This document shows positions 27,102 through 36,387 of a DNA stretch of 64,000 nucleotides, in pieces. How positions within the stretch are numbered: the first letter of the stretch is position 1; every line of letters begins with the position of its first letter. Source of the stretch: Alphaproteobacteria bacterium. GTDB lineage: Bacteria > Pseudomonadota > Alphaproteobacteria > Caulobacterales > Parvularculaceae. Position numbers and translations under genes: made by a program. Under the pieces are notes generated by a model, which saw only the letters and a program-made list of their open reading frames with translations, did not search any database and had not been told where the DNA came from. The stretch lies in the NCBI GenBank assembly GCA_030433215.1, contig JAUIMC010000009.1:62849-126848 (forward strand), given 5' to 3'.

Positions 27102-29621
27102 ATGAGACATATTCCGGGGACAGCATCATTGCGTCTTTCTCGCGCTTCTCTGCTGGGCGCGACGGCGCTTGGCGCTGCGGCGTTTTTCACGGCGCCGGCC
27201 ATGGCGCAGGATGACGATGTCGCCGACGGCGCGCAGGACGTCATCGTCGTCACCGCGCAGTTGCGCGAGCAAAGACTCGATGACATTCCGCTTTCGATTT
27301 CGGCGGTCAGCGGTGATCTGCTCGAAGCCCGCAGCCAGACAAGCCTGCCTGAAATCACGCACCAGTTGCCGAACCTGCTGCTGCAGCAGAACCCGTCAGG
27401 CAGCGGCAACTCCATGCGGGCCTTTATCCGCGGCGTCGGCCAGTCCGACCGCAGTCCGTCCGTCGAGCCCGGCGTCGGCATTTATATCGACGATGTTTAT
27501 TTCGGCACGGTCACGGCCTCGGCTTTCGACCTTATCGACCTCGACCGCATCGAGGTGCTGCGCGGCCCGCAAGGCACGCTGGCCGGCATGAACTCCCAGG
27601 GCGGCGCCATCAAGCTCTATTCGCGCAAGCCCGAAGGCGAGGGCGGCTTCGTCTCCATCACCGCCGGCACCATGGGCCGCCGCGACGTCACGGCGAGCGC
27701 GGACTTCACGGTTGTTGAAGATCTGGCCTTCGCCCGCATCACCGGCATCACCCGCAACAAGGACGGGCATGTCACGCTTTACAACTACGCCTGCCTCAAT
27801 CCGGACGATCCGGACGTCATCTCCGGCGCGATCCCGGGGCTGATTTCGAGCGGCGACTGCAAAAGCGGCGAGCTCGGCAATCAGGAAATGTACGCCGTGC
27901 GCGGCGCGCTTCGCCTGACGCCGGGCGACGGCCGGCTCGAAGTCAACATTATCGGCGATTACACCAAGGACGATTCCAACACCCAGGCTTCCGTCCTTAT
28001 CGCTTCGGGCGAGTCCGCTACCGTCGGCAATGAAAGCGGCTATCTTGATCGCTCAGGTTTCAGCATTCCTTATCAGGGCGTTGCTTATGACGACCGTTTC
28101 GTGCCTTACGGCCAGTTCCGCCGGTCGGATTCGGTGCTGAACGATCCTTATGCGTCCTATGCCAACTTCTACGATCCGGGCGTGACCTATGAAGCCATCA
28201 GCCCGCAGGTGGGCCCTCCGTCTTCTGTTATGGCAGGCGAGTCGAATGGCCCGTTCATCGCAATCAACGGCTCCCGGGTCGAGGCTTGGGGTATTTCCGG
28301 CACGATCGATTACGAACTCAGCGAGAATCTCGAGCTGAAATCGATCACCGGCTACCGTTCCTACACGTCCGAAAGCGGCAACGACAACGACAACTCGCCC
28401 GTCGTCTACATTCAGACGTCAGACTGGTATGAACACGAGCAGTTCAGTCAGGAAGTTCGCCTCAATGGCAGCCTGTTCGAAGACACAGTGTTCTTCACGG
28501 TGGGCGGCATCTACTATGACGCCAGCACGCGTCCGCTGTCGCGCATCCACACGCCGTTCTCCGGCTTCGGCCCGGCGGACCGGCCGACCTTCTCGTTCCT
28601 CAATGACGATACGTCGGACATGACGGTTTACGCCGGCTTCGCCAACGTGGCGTGGGACATCACCGATGCGCTCACCGTCGAAGGCGGCGTCCGCGTCACG
28701 GACGAGACCAAGGACTACACCTTCGGGCGTCTCAATCCGGACGGGCGCAGCGACTACCTGCCGCTCAGCAACCCGTTGAACCAGCTCACCGGCTTTACGG
28801 ACACCTATGCGGAGACGATCACCGACTATCGCGCGGTCGCTTCCTATAATTTCAGCCCTGATCTGATGGCGTATTTCCAGTTCGCCACGGGTCACAAAGC
28901 CGGCGGCATCTCGCCGCGTCCCTATAACGTGTTCCAGATCCGTCCTTTCGGGTCGGAAAAACTGCAGTCTTACGAAGTCGGCTTCAAAGCCGCTGCGCTT
29001 GACAGCAGGGTCCGCATCAACGCCGCGGCCTTTTATATGAACTATAAGGGCTATCAGGGCATTCCCGATTTCTGTATCGACGAGAATGGCGATCGGGTCG
29101 ACATGAACCCCCGCGGGCTTTGCGGCCAGTATCTGAACCTTGCCGACGCGACGGTGCAGGGTTTCGAACTGGAAGCCTTCCTTGAGCCGGTCGATAATCT
29201 GAACATCGACGCCATGCTCAGCTTGACCGATTTCGAATTCGGCGAGCCGACCTATGACACGACGTCTGTCGTCGAAGGCGCGGACCGTCCGGGCATCGGC
29301 GAGTGGAAGTGGAGCATCGGCGCTCAGTACATGTTCGATCTCGGCAATTCCGGCACGATCACGCCGCGCGTCGACGTGTCGTACATTCCGGAATATTGCG
29401 GCAACTTCGCCTGCGACCCGAATGCGTTCGTGGAGAGCTACACGCTCGCCAACGCCCGCATCACCTATCGCAGCGCGGACGAGAAATGGTCCGTGGCGCT
29501 TCAGGCCACGAACCTCACCGACGACTACTACTTCCTGAACAAGTTCACGAACGGGTTCTACGCCACCGGCCAGCCGGGCCGGCCGCGCGAATTCGCAGTG
29601 ACGGTTCGCCGCAACTTCTAA
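27102..29621 (+). CDS. TonB-dependent receptor
   Basis: AGGGAGG RBS before ATG 27102; signal peptide; DVIVVTAQLR TonB box; DRIEVLRGPQGTLAG; C-terminal GRPREFAVTVRRNF. Confidence 0.95.
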   Translation: MRHIPGTASLRLSRASLLGATALGAAAFFTAPAMAQDDDVADGAQDVIVVTAQLREQRLDDIPLSISAVSGDLLEARSQTSLPEITHQLPNLLLQQNPSGSGNSMRAFIRGVGQSDRSPSVEPGVGIYIDDVYFGTVTASAFDLIDLDRIEVLRGPQGTLAGMNSQGGAIKLYSRKPEGEGGFVSITAGTMGRRDVTASADFTVVEDLAFARITGITRNKDGHVTLYNYACLNPDDPDVISGAIPGLISSGDCKSGELGNQEMYAVRGALRLTPGDGRLEVNIIGDYTKDDSNTQASVLIASGESATVGNESGYLDRSGFSIPYQGVAYDDRFVPYGQFRRSDSVLNDPYASYANFYDPGVTYEAISPQVGPPSSVMAGESNGPFIAINGSRVEAWGISGTIDYELSENLELKSITGYRSYTSESGNDNDNSPVVYIQTSDWYEHEQFSQEVRLNGSLFEDTVFFTVGGIYYDASTRPLSRIHTPFSGFGPADRPTFSFLNDDTSDMTVYAGFANVAWDITDALTVEGGVRVTDETKDYTFGRLNPDGRSDYLPLSNPLNQLTGFTDTYAETITDYRAVASYNFSPDLMAYFQFATGHKAGGISPRPYNVFQIRPFGSEKLQSYEVGFKAAALDSRVRINAAAFYMNYKGYQGIPDFCIDENGDRVDMNPRGLCGQYLNLADATVQGFELEAFLEPVDNLNIDAMLSLTDFEFGEPTYDTTSVVEGADRPGIGEWKWSIGAQYMFDLGNSGTITPRVDVSYIPEYCGNFACDPNAFVESYTLANARITYRSADEKWSVALQATNLTDDYYFLNKFTNGFYATGQPGRPREFAVTVRRNF

Positions 29622-29640
29622 CTTGCGGAAAACGCACGCG

Positions 29641-29671
29641 GCGGGAGAGGTCTTGCACGACCTCATCCCGC
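29641..29671 (+). terminator. Intergenic hairpin (terminator or mRNA-stabilising stem)
   Basis: GCGGGA-GAGGTC-TTGCAC-GACCTC-A-TCCCGC after the TBDR stop; no strong U tract. Confidence 0.4.
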
Positions 29672-29780
29672 CGCGCCTTACTCGACCCACGATAATTTAA
29701 AGACTCCCGTCTGGCCGCATGCGGCAAACCCCGCGTTATCCATAAGTCGGCGGACAGGGCGCAGTTTCGGGAGAAGACGC

Positions 29781-30887
29781 ATGAAGATGGACCGTCGCAC
29801 CTTGCTGGGAGCGGCTTCCGCCAGCGCCGCTGCAGGCGTTCTTGGCGGGGCGGGTTCCGCCGCCGGGGCCGCGCCGAAGGACCAGATCCGCATCGGCGTC
29901 GAAGAAGCCTTCTCAACCCAGGAACACATGAAAGCGATGCGCGATTTTGTCGACGCGCATCCGGAAGTGACGCGCTTCGATTACAAATTGTGGCGCATGA
30001 TCACCTCGAACCTGAAGGCGGACACGCCGCGCAGGCTGCTCGACTTAGCCGATATGCGTCTGAAGGAAATGGACGAGTATGGCGTGACCATGCATGTCCT
30101 TTCGCTGACCTCGCCCGGCGTGCAGATGCTCGATCCGGATGTGGCGGTGGGCGTCGCGCAAAGCGCCAATGACGAACTCGCCGAAGTGATCGCCCGTCAC
30201 CCCACGCGCTTTGGCGGTCTTGCGACCATAGCCCCGCAGGAGCCGGAAAAGGCGGCGTCGGAGATCGAACGCGCCAAGACGAAGCTGAAGCTCAACGGCG
30301 TCGTCATCAATTCCCACACCAACAACGAATATCTCGATAATCAGAAATTCTGGCCGATCCTCGAGGCTGCCGAGGCGATGGACATGCCGATCTATATCCA
30401 TCCGCGCACGCCTTCGGACCAGATGCGCGCGCCCTTCGACGACTACAATATGGGCAGCGCCTTCTGGGGCTACGGCATGGAGACGTCGACCCATTTCGTG
30501 CGCCTGATGATGAGCGGCGCCTTTGACCGGTTCCCCAAGCTGACGACCGTCCTTGGCCATATGGGCGAGGCCGTGCATTTCTGGATCTGGCGTCTCGATT
30601 ATATGAGCGCGCCGGGCGTTGCGCGCGGGGAAACGCCGATCAAGCTTCTGCCCAGCGAATATCTGCGCCGCAATCTGCGCATCACCACCAGCGGACAGGA
30701 AAACCCGGCGGCGCTTCGTTACTCCATCGACGTCCTGGGCGCGTGGAACGTGATGTGGGCGATCGACTATCCCTATCAGGAAATGCCCTCCGCGGTGCGC
30801 TTCATGGACAATGCGCCGCTGACGCAGGAAGAGCGCGACGCGGTCTACTGGAAGAACGCCGCCCGCACTTTCAACATCGACCTTTAG
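29781..30887 (+). CDS. ligW: Tat-signal LigW-like non-oxidative aromatic acid decarboxylase (amidohydrolase_2)
   Basis: DRRTLLG Tat signal; IGVEEAF, LSLTSPGVQM, INSHTN, IYIHPR, FWGYGMETST, LGHMGEA..FWIWRLDY, NVMWAIDYPYQ, all matching 5-carboxyvanillate decarboxylase LigW as recalled. Confidence 0.82.
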   Translation: MKMDRRTLLGAASASAAAGVLGGAGSAAGAAPKDQIRIGVEEAFSTQEHMKAMRDFVDAHPEVTRFDYKLWRMITSNLKADTPRRLLDLADMRLKEMDEYGVTMHVLSLTSPGVQMLDPDVAVGVAQSANDELAEVIARHPTRFGGLATIAPQEPEKAASEIERAKTKLKLNGVVINSHTNNEYLDNQKFWPILEAAEAMDMPIYIHPRTPSDQMRAPFDDYNMGSAFWGYGMETSTHFVRLMMSGAFDRFPKLTTVLGHMGEAVHFWIWRLDYMSAPGVARGETPIKLLPSEYLRRNLRITTSGQENPAALRYSIDVLGAWNVMWAIDYPYQEMPSAVRFMDNAPLTQEERDAVYWKNAARTFNIDL

Positions 30888-30923
30888 AACCCGCGCCAGG
30901 CAGAGCGCAAAGGAGAAGCCGTC

Positions 30924-32051
30924 ATGCATCGCAGGAATCTTTTGGGACTAGCGGGCGCCGCCGGGGCCGCCGCCATGCTGCCGGGCGTGGCGCGGGCGCA
31001 AAGAAGCCTCGAGGAAGGTCTTCCCGTGCCGACGGGCAATTATCGCCGCATCGGCACGGAGGCGGCTTTTGCGACCCAGCCCCAGCTCGAAGCGTTTCGC
31101 GCCGTGCGCAAATATCTCGAAGACAGCCCGGAACTCGCCTTCGCCGGCATTCTCCTCGGCGACAACGCCTACGCCAAGGATATGACCCCGCGCCTTCTCA
31201 ATATCGGCGAAGGGCGGATCGCGGAAATGGATTCGGACGGCGTCGCGATGCAGGTCTTGTCGCTGACCTCGCCGGGGGTTCAGATTTTCAGCGCCGACAC
31301 GGCGACGGCCGTCGCGCGCGAAAGCAACGACATTCTCGCCGAGGCGATCCGCAAGAACCCGTCGCGCTTCGCCGGCCTCGCGGCCATTGCCCCGCACGCG
31401 CCGGAAGAGAGCGTCAAGGAGATGGAGCGGGCGGTCAACAAGCTCGGCCTGAACGGCTTCATCGTCAATTCGCACACCGACGGCGAATATCTCGACCAGG
31501 AAAAATTCTGGCCGATCCTCGAAGCCGCCGAAGCGCTCGACCGGCCGATTTACATTCATCCGCGCACCTTGCCGAAAGAGGCGCTCGGGCCCTTCAACGC
31601 CTATGGCCTGCAAGGCGCGTCCTGGGGGTTTGCGGTGGAGACGGGCACCCACGGCATGCGCCTTTTGTTCAGCGGCGCCTATGACCGCTTCCCGGGACTG
31701 AAAGTCGTCCTCGGCCATATGGGCGAGGGCATTCCTTACTGGGTCTACCGTTTCGATCACATGTATGAAAAAGCCAAAGCCAATTGGGGCACCGGCGGGC
31801 TCAAGGAAAAGCCGAGCCATTACCTCAAGCGCAATATGATGATCACCACCAGCGGCATGTTCTCCGAGCCCGTGCTGAAATACTGCATGGAAGTGATCGG
31901 CGCGGACAACATCATGTGGGCGGCGGATTATCCGTATCAGGCCAATCGCGAAGCGGGCGTTTTCCTCGACGCTGCGGATATTTCCGAAGACGAGAAAGTC
32001 AAGATTTACTCAGGCAACGCTGAGCGCGTCTTTCACCTTAGAAAAGGCTGA
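30924..32051 (+). CDS. Second Tat-signal LigW-like decarboxylase
   Basis: MHRRNLLG Tat signal; IGTEAAF, LSLTSPGVQ, VNSHTD, IYIHPR, LGHMGEG, IMWAADYPYQ; tandem paralogue of 29781-30887. Confidence 0.8.
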   Translation: MHRRNLLGLAGAAGAAAMLPGVARAQRSLEEGLPVPTGNYRRIGTEAAFATQPQLEAFRAVRKYLEDSPELAFAGILLGDNAYAKDMTPRLLNIGEGRIAEMDSDGVAMQVLSLTSPGVQIFSADTATAVARESNDILAEAIRKNPSRFAGLAAIAPHAPEESVKEMERAVNKLGLNGFIVNSHTDGEYLDQEKFWPILEAAEALDRPIYIHPRTLPKEALGPFNAYGLQGASWGFAVETGTHGMRLLFSGAYDRFPGLKVVLGHMGEGIPYWVYRFDHMYEKAKANWGTGGLKEKPSHYLKRNMMITTSGMFSEPVLKYCMEVIGADNIMWAADYPYQANREAGVFLDAADISEDEKVKIYSGNAERVFHLRKG

Positions 32052-32066
32052 GCGCGCTCCACCTAC

Positions 32067-32111
32067 GCCGCGGGTCCCTTCTACCTCCCTTCCCGGGACC
32101 CGCGGCTTTTT
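32067..32111 (+). terminator. Rho-independent terminator
   Basis: GCCGCGGGTCCC / GGGACCCGCGGC 12-bp stem followed by T5. Confidence 0.7.
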
Positions 32112-32123
32112 CCTGAAAGCATG

Positions 32124-32157
32124 AAAAAAGCCGGCGCTGTTAGCGCGCCGGCTTTTT
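32124..32157. terminator. Bidirectional terminator between convergent genes
   Basis: A6-GCCGGCGC..GCGCCGGC-T5. Confidence 0.75.
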
Positions 32158-32179
32158 GTGTTCGGTCTTTGTTGAAGCC

Positions 32180-33112
32180 TTATTGCGCGCCGGTCTCCCA
32201 GGGCGTCGGCATGTAATAAGGCAGCGAAGTCGCCACGCCTTCGGCGCGCACCACCGTATCGCCCTCGATCTTCACAAGCTCGGCCACAAGCCGGCTCATG
32301 GGATAGGGGCGTTGCAGCGTCGCCGTTTCGCCGCCCACCGTCGGGAAGGTCGCCTGCTCGGCGGGCAGGTCCTGCACGCTGATGGCGAGCACGAGGCCGC
32401 GGCTGCGGTCGACCACAGGAAAGCGCCGGTCGCGAATGCGGTTCACCGGGGCGAAGAGGCCCGCTTCGAAAGCGGACGCGCAATGCGGTTCCGGCGGCGT
32501 TACATCGAGCTCCGCCGAGGTGATCGCAACGCCGTTCTCCACCATCTCGCAGGACGGCGCGAAGTCGGCGAGGAGGGCGCCGTTATTGCGCTGCTTGGTG
32601 GCGAGATAGGCGTTGGCGAGGTCGACGAGACGCTCGCGCGAACGCCGGTCGCCCCGCGAGACGGTTTGCGTCATCTCTGGCGAGATTGCGAACTCGGTCG
32701 CCTCGCCGAACGGCATCGGCCAGCGCTCGCGCGCCGCGATGACTTCGATCTCTTCGATGTCGCCTCTGGGGGCTTTCAGCCGGACGGCGCCGAAGGACGC
32801 CTCGTCATGGTCCCAGATCGTGCCGAACCACACGACATTGCCGGTTTCGGTGTCGGCCATCGCAAAGGCTTTCTGACCGGTGTCTTCGCCGGCCGATCCC
32901 CACCAGCCGTCGCCGATCATCAAGGAGACGTTGTTTTCGGTGAACAGCACCGGATCGGCCCAGGGGAGGCGGCGAAATTCCTGGTCGCCGATGGCGTCCA
33001 GCGTTTCGTCAGCCAGTTTCAGAAGGCAGGACTCGTTGCAGCGCTGGGCGGCTGCGGGCGCGGCGACGACAAGCGCGGCGGCGCCGGCGAGGAGAGCAGT
33101 AAGTTTCCGCAT
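32180..33112 (-). CDS. Secreted uncharacterised CxxxCL-family protein, type beta (NTF2-like fold suspected)
   Basis: Start ATG 33112 overlapping the upstream TAA; signal MRKLTALLAGAAALVVAAPAAA; CNESCLL, LPWAD...TENNV, RIRDRRFPVVDRSRGLV, LPYYMPTPW. Confidence 0.8.
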   Translation of the reverse strand: MRKLTALLAGAAALVVAAPAAAQRCNESCLLKLADETLDAIGDQEFRRLPWADPVLFTENNVSLMIGDGWWGSAGEDTGQKAFAMADTETGNVVWFGTIWDHDEASFGAVRLKAPRGDIEEIEVIAARERWPMPFGEATEFAISPEMTQTVSRGDRRSRERLVDLANAYLATKQRNNGALLADFAPSCEMVENGVAITSAELDVTPPEPHCASAFEAGLFAPVNRIRDRRFPVVDRSRGLVLAISVQDLPAEQATFPTVGGETATLQRPYPMSRLVAELVKIEGDTVVRAEGVATSLPYYMPTPWETGAQ

Positions 33113-34086
33113 TATTTGTCTCCTTCCGCCCAGGGCGAATGCATCCCGTAGGGCACGTAATCGAAGATCGCCTCGATGGTGTAGATCTCGCCGTCGATGA
33201 TCTTGAAGGCTTCCATGATGGTCAGCGAGTTGGGCCATTTCAGCAGGGTCTTCATGGTGCGCCCGTCTGTCAGCTCATACTCGTCGAAGGTGTTGGCGTG
33301 ATCGAAGAAGTTCATGCCGACGACAATGCCGCGCTCTTCATCGATGATCGGGTAGCGCCGTTCGCGCAACTCCTTGTTGATGCGGTAAATGCCGAGCTTG
33401 AACTGGGCCTCGCAGCCCTCGGCGACCGACGCCGAGTTATTCGAGTTTTCGGTCGCGGCCGTTGTCGAGATGCCGTTTTCTAGGCGTGAACAATCTTCCT
33501 TGAAATCCGCGAAGACCTGGCCGTTGTTGAATTCGACAGTATTGAAATAGGAATCGGCGACGGCGCGCAGGCGCGGGCGCGGGCGGCGTTGCTCTTCGGT
33601 GAGGGCTTCGGTCCAGGCCGGGTGATGCGGCTCCTTGCCGGTGCCGTGGATCAGCGGCATGCCGGTGATGCGCGCGATCACTGTTTCGGCCTCGCTGATC
33701 TCGTGTTCCTTGTTCACATGAAGACGGATGGCGAGAAAGACCAGCTTGTCATGTTCATAGGCGTGGCCGAACCAGGCGACATTGCCGGTCAGCGTGTCGG
33801 AAGCGATCATGCCGTCATCCGGGGCGGCCGCGCTCACTGTCGCCCACAACCCCTTGCCGATCGGCATTTCGACGCTGTTTTCCGTGAACTTGATGTCTTC
33901 GGAAAAGTCAGCCTGCGACGGGTCCTTGGCGTTAAGCGCCGCAACATAGGATTTGGCGAAAGATTCAAGGCAGGCGCGGTCGCAATCGCCGCGAGGCAGC
34001 GCGCTTTCCTTTCCGTAAGATTGCGCCGCCGCAGGGGCGGCGGCGGCGAGGCCCAATGTGAGGGCCGCCAGCGCATGACGCAGCAT
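33112..34086 (-). CDS. Secreted uncharacterised CxxxCL-family protein, type alpha (possibly DUF8021; label unverified)
   Basis: Signal peptide; CDRACL, FTENSV, RLENG, CEAQFKLGIY, RERRYPIIDEERG, FFDH, WPNS, EAFKI, YVPYGMHSPW. Confidence 0.82.
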   Translation of the reverse strand: MLRHALAALTLGLAAAAPAAAQSYGKESALPRGDCDRACLESFAKSYVAALNAKDPSQADFSEDIKFTENSVEMPIGKGLWATVSAAAPDDGMIASDTLTGNVAWFGHAYEHDKLVFLAIRLHVNKEHEISEAETVIARITGMPLIHGTGKEPHHPAWTEALTEEQRRPRPRLRAVADSYFNTVEFNNGQVFADFKEDCSRLENGISTTAATENSNNSASVAEGCEAQFKLGIYRINKELRERRYPIIDEERGIVVGMNFFDHANTFDEYELTDGRTMKTLLKWPNSLTIMEAFKIIDGEIYTIEAIFDYVPYGMHSPWAEGDK

Positions 34087-34284
34087 TATAATCCTCCCGA
34101 TTATCAGCGCGTCAGGCTGGCAGCGCTTTGGCGCCGTGTCATTGCCTATAGTGAAGCGCCGGCTTTGCTCACATGGAATCGCGCCGCCGGGCGCGCATGC
34201 GCATGCAAAATGGGCGTTCGCTTACGGGATTGCGGGGCCCTTCGCGGCGCGCGATAGTTCGCATCTGCAATATCGGGATGTCTT

Positions 34285-34812
34285 ATGCGCAAAATCTTGA
34301 TGACGATGGTCTTCAGCATGCTGGCGATTTCCTGTGCGCCGGACGGTCAGGGAACGGCGCTCGAAGAGCGCGTGCGCCGGCTTGAGGACGAGAAAGAGAT
34401 CCGCGCGCTGCTGGTGCGCTATGGCGAATATCTCGATGCGAAGGATTACGCCGGCTACGCCTCGCTCTTCGCCAGCGACGGCGTGTCGACCACCGGCTTC
34501 GGCAGTGCAACAGGACCGGCGGCCATCGAGGTGCTATTGGAAGAGAATATGGGCGCGCCGCCGCCCGGCTATATCAATAAGGACCGGCTCCACCTGATGA
34601 CGACCATGATTGTCGATGTCTCGGGCGATGCTGCGACCGCGCAGTCGCGCTATACGGTTTTCGATAAATCCGAGGGAGGACGGCCTGTCCCTTTGCATGC
34701 CGGACGATATGCGGACGTGCTTGTGCGCGAAAACGGGGCGTGGAAACTGAAATCACGGACTTCGGCCGGCGTCATTCCCTACCGGGCGCCGCCGCAAGCC
34801 GGTAAAAACTGA
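34285..34812 (+). CDS. SnoaL_4/NTF2-like lipoprotein (short type)
   Basis: Lipobox LAISC; RLEDEKEIRALLVRYGEYLD, RLHLMTT, GRYADVLVRENGAWK. Confidence 0.85.
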   Translation: MRKILMTMVFSMLAISCAPDGQGTALEERVRRLEDEKEIRALLVRYGEYLDAKDYAGYASLFASDGVSTTGFGSATGPAAIEVLLEENMGAPPPGYINKDRLHLMTTMIVDVSGDAATAQSRYTVFDKSEGGRPVPLHAGRYADVLVRENGAWKLKSRTSAGVIPYRAPPQAGKN

Positions 34813-34910
34813 GAAAGGCCGGCCCTTGTGGCGCAAGTCTGGGGTTCTCTCACGGCAATGAACTGCACAGGGCGAGGACGGACAAACGAAGCTTGGGAAT
34901 ATCTGGAGAG

Positions 34911-35504
34911 ATGACGATGCGGACTGCATTTCTGGCTATCGCTTTCGCCCCGCTCATGGCGGCCGCCTTGCCGGCCTGTTCGGCGGGCAACGCTGCGAAT
35001 GAAGAACTCGCGCAGCGCGTCCAGGCGCTTGAAGACGAAAAAGAGGTCAAGCGGGTGCTGGTCGAATATGGCGAGTTCCTCGATGCGCGCGACTATCATG
35101 CCTATGCGTCGCTCTTCGCCAGCGACGGCGTCTGGAGCGGCGGCTTCGGCACCTATACGGGGCCGGCGGCGATCGAGGCCATGCTCGAAGAAAATATGGG
35201 TTCCCATGCGGATGATTACATCAACAAGGAAAATTTCCACCTGAACACGACCATGGTCGTCGATGTGGACGGCGACACGGCGAAAGCGCGCTCGCGTTAT
35301 CTGTTCTTCGTCGCCTCGCCGGAAAACCGGCCTGTGGTCGCGCTCGCAGGGCGCTATGAAGACGTTTTGGTCCGCGAGGACGGGGCCTGGAAAATCAAGA
35401 CCCGCAAATCCCATGGCGTGATCCCTTACCGGGACGGCAACAAGCCGCCCCCGGCCCAGCCCCCGGCGGACATCAGCGACGCCCTGGACCGGGACCAGGA
35501 CTGA
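34911..35504 (+). CDS. SnoaL_4/NTF2-like lipoprotein (short type), tandem paralogue
   Basis: Lipobox LPAC; ALEDEKEVKRVLVEYGEFLD, NFHLNTT, GRYEDVLVREDGAWK. Confidence 0.85.
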   Translation: MTMRTAFLAIAFAPLMAAALPACSAGNAANEELAQRVQALEDEKEVKRVLVEYGEFLDARDYHAYASLFASDGVWSGGFGTYTGPAAIEAMLEENMGSHADDYINKENFHLNTTMVVDVDGDTAKARSRYLFFVASPENRPVVALAGRYEDVLVREDGAWKIKTRKSHGVIPYRDGNKPPPAQPPADISDALDRDQD

Positions 35505-35663
35505 CCGGTCGGCCCGCAATAGTTTAGTTTCTAACGATCTCGCGGTTTAGCGGCAAAAAGGGCGATGAAAAGCGCCGGCGGCCGGGCCTTAGCCGATGTT
35601 CTCCATGGACAAAGCCTGCGGTTCGCAATCAATCGTGTTTAGCGAGACTATGGCGACTAGCGC

Positions 35664-35692
35664 CCCGCCAGTTTAGTTCGTAAACTGGCGGG
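35664..35692. repeat. Perfect 12-bp inverted repeat between convergent genes
   Basis: CCCGCCAGTTTA-GTTCG-TAAACTGGCGGG. Confidence 0.6.
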
Positions 35693-35761
35693 ATGGTTGA
35701 CCGGGCGATACGAAAAGACTCGGGCGTTAGGGGCTGGAAAGATATGGCGCTGGGCCATCCG

Positions 35762-36196
35762 CTAGAGGCCGGCGGGCAGGTCCGCCGTCACTTCACGCCG
35801 CTTGAAGCGCCAGCCCTCCGGCGTGGGGACGATAATGTCGCTATAGCTTCCGGCGATCGCGATCCGGAGCCCGGTGTCGCTCTCGCCCCCGTTTTCACGC
35901 TGTTCGATGAGCATCCAGCGCGACCAGGCGGTCGCGTCCCGGCCGCGCATGGTGATCGCGATGCTGCCGAAAATATGGACGCAAGGCGGCGTCGCCGCGA
36001 ATTCGCGCTCGACGAAAGCGGCCAGCGCCGCGCGTCCGGCGATGACCCCGTAGCGCTCGCCGCCGATCCATTCGCCGTCCGGCGCGAACAGAGCGGCCCA
36101 GCCGGGCGCGTCCTTCAGATCAAGCAGGCGGCCATATTCAGCCATCAGGCGCCGGATCGCTTCGGCATGCTCCGCATAGGGAATTTCCTCGGACAT
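35762..36196 (-). CDS. SnoaL_4/NTF2-like protein (short type, no signal peptide)
   Basis: EAIRRLMAEYGRLLD, CVHIFG, GSYSDIIVPTPEGWRF. Confidence 0.8.
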   Translation of the reverse strand: MSEEIPYAEHAEAIRRLMAEYGRLLDLKDAPGWAALFAPDGEWIGGERYGVIAGRAALAAFVEREFAATPPCVHIFGSIAITMRGRDATAWSRWMLIEQRENGGESDTGLRIAIAGSYSDIIVPTPEGWRFKRREVTADLPAGL

Positions 36197-36387
36197 GGCG
36201 TTTCCTTGTTTGCCGATTTTGGGCGCGACGGATCCCGCCTCGCGAGAGTTTTGCAGGCCGTGCGCGCCGTCGCAAGACTTTCTGCGGATAAAGCAGTCAG
36301 CATAGGAACCATTCTGGAGGCGCAGGCCGATCATGCGCCGCGCACACGAAACGAAGTCTCTTCCATCAGCAGCGACGGAGGGCCGGC

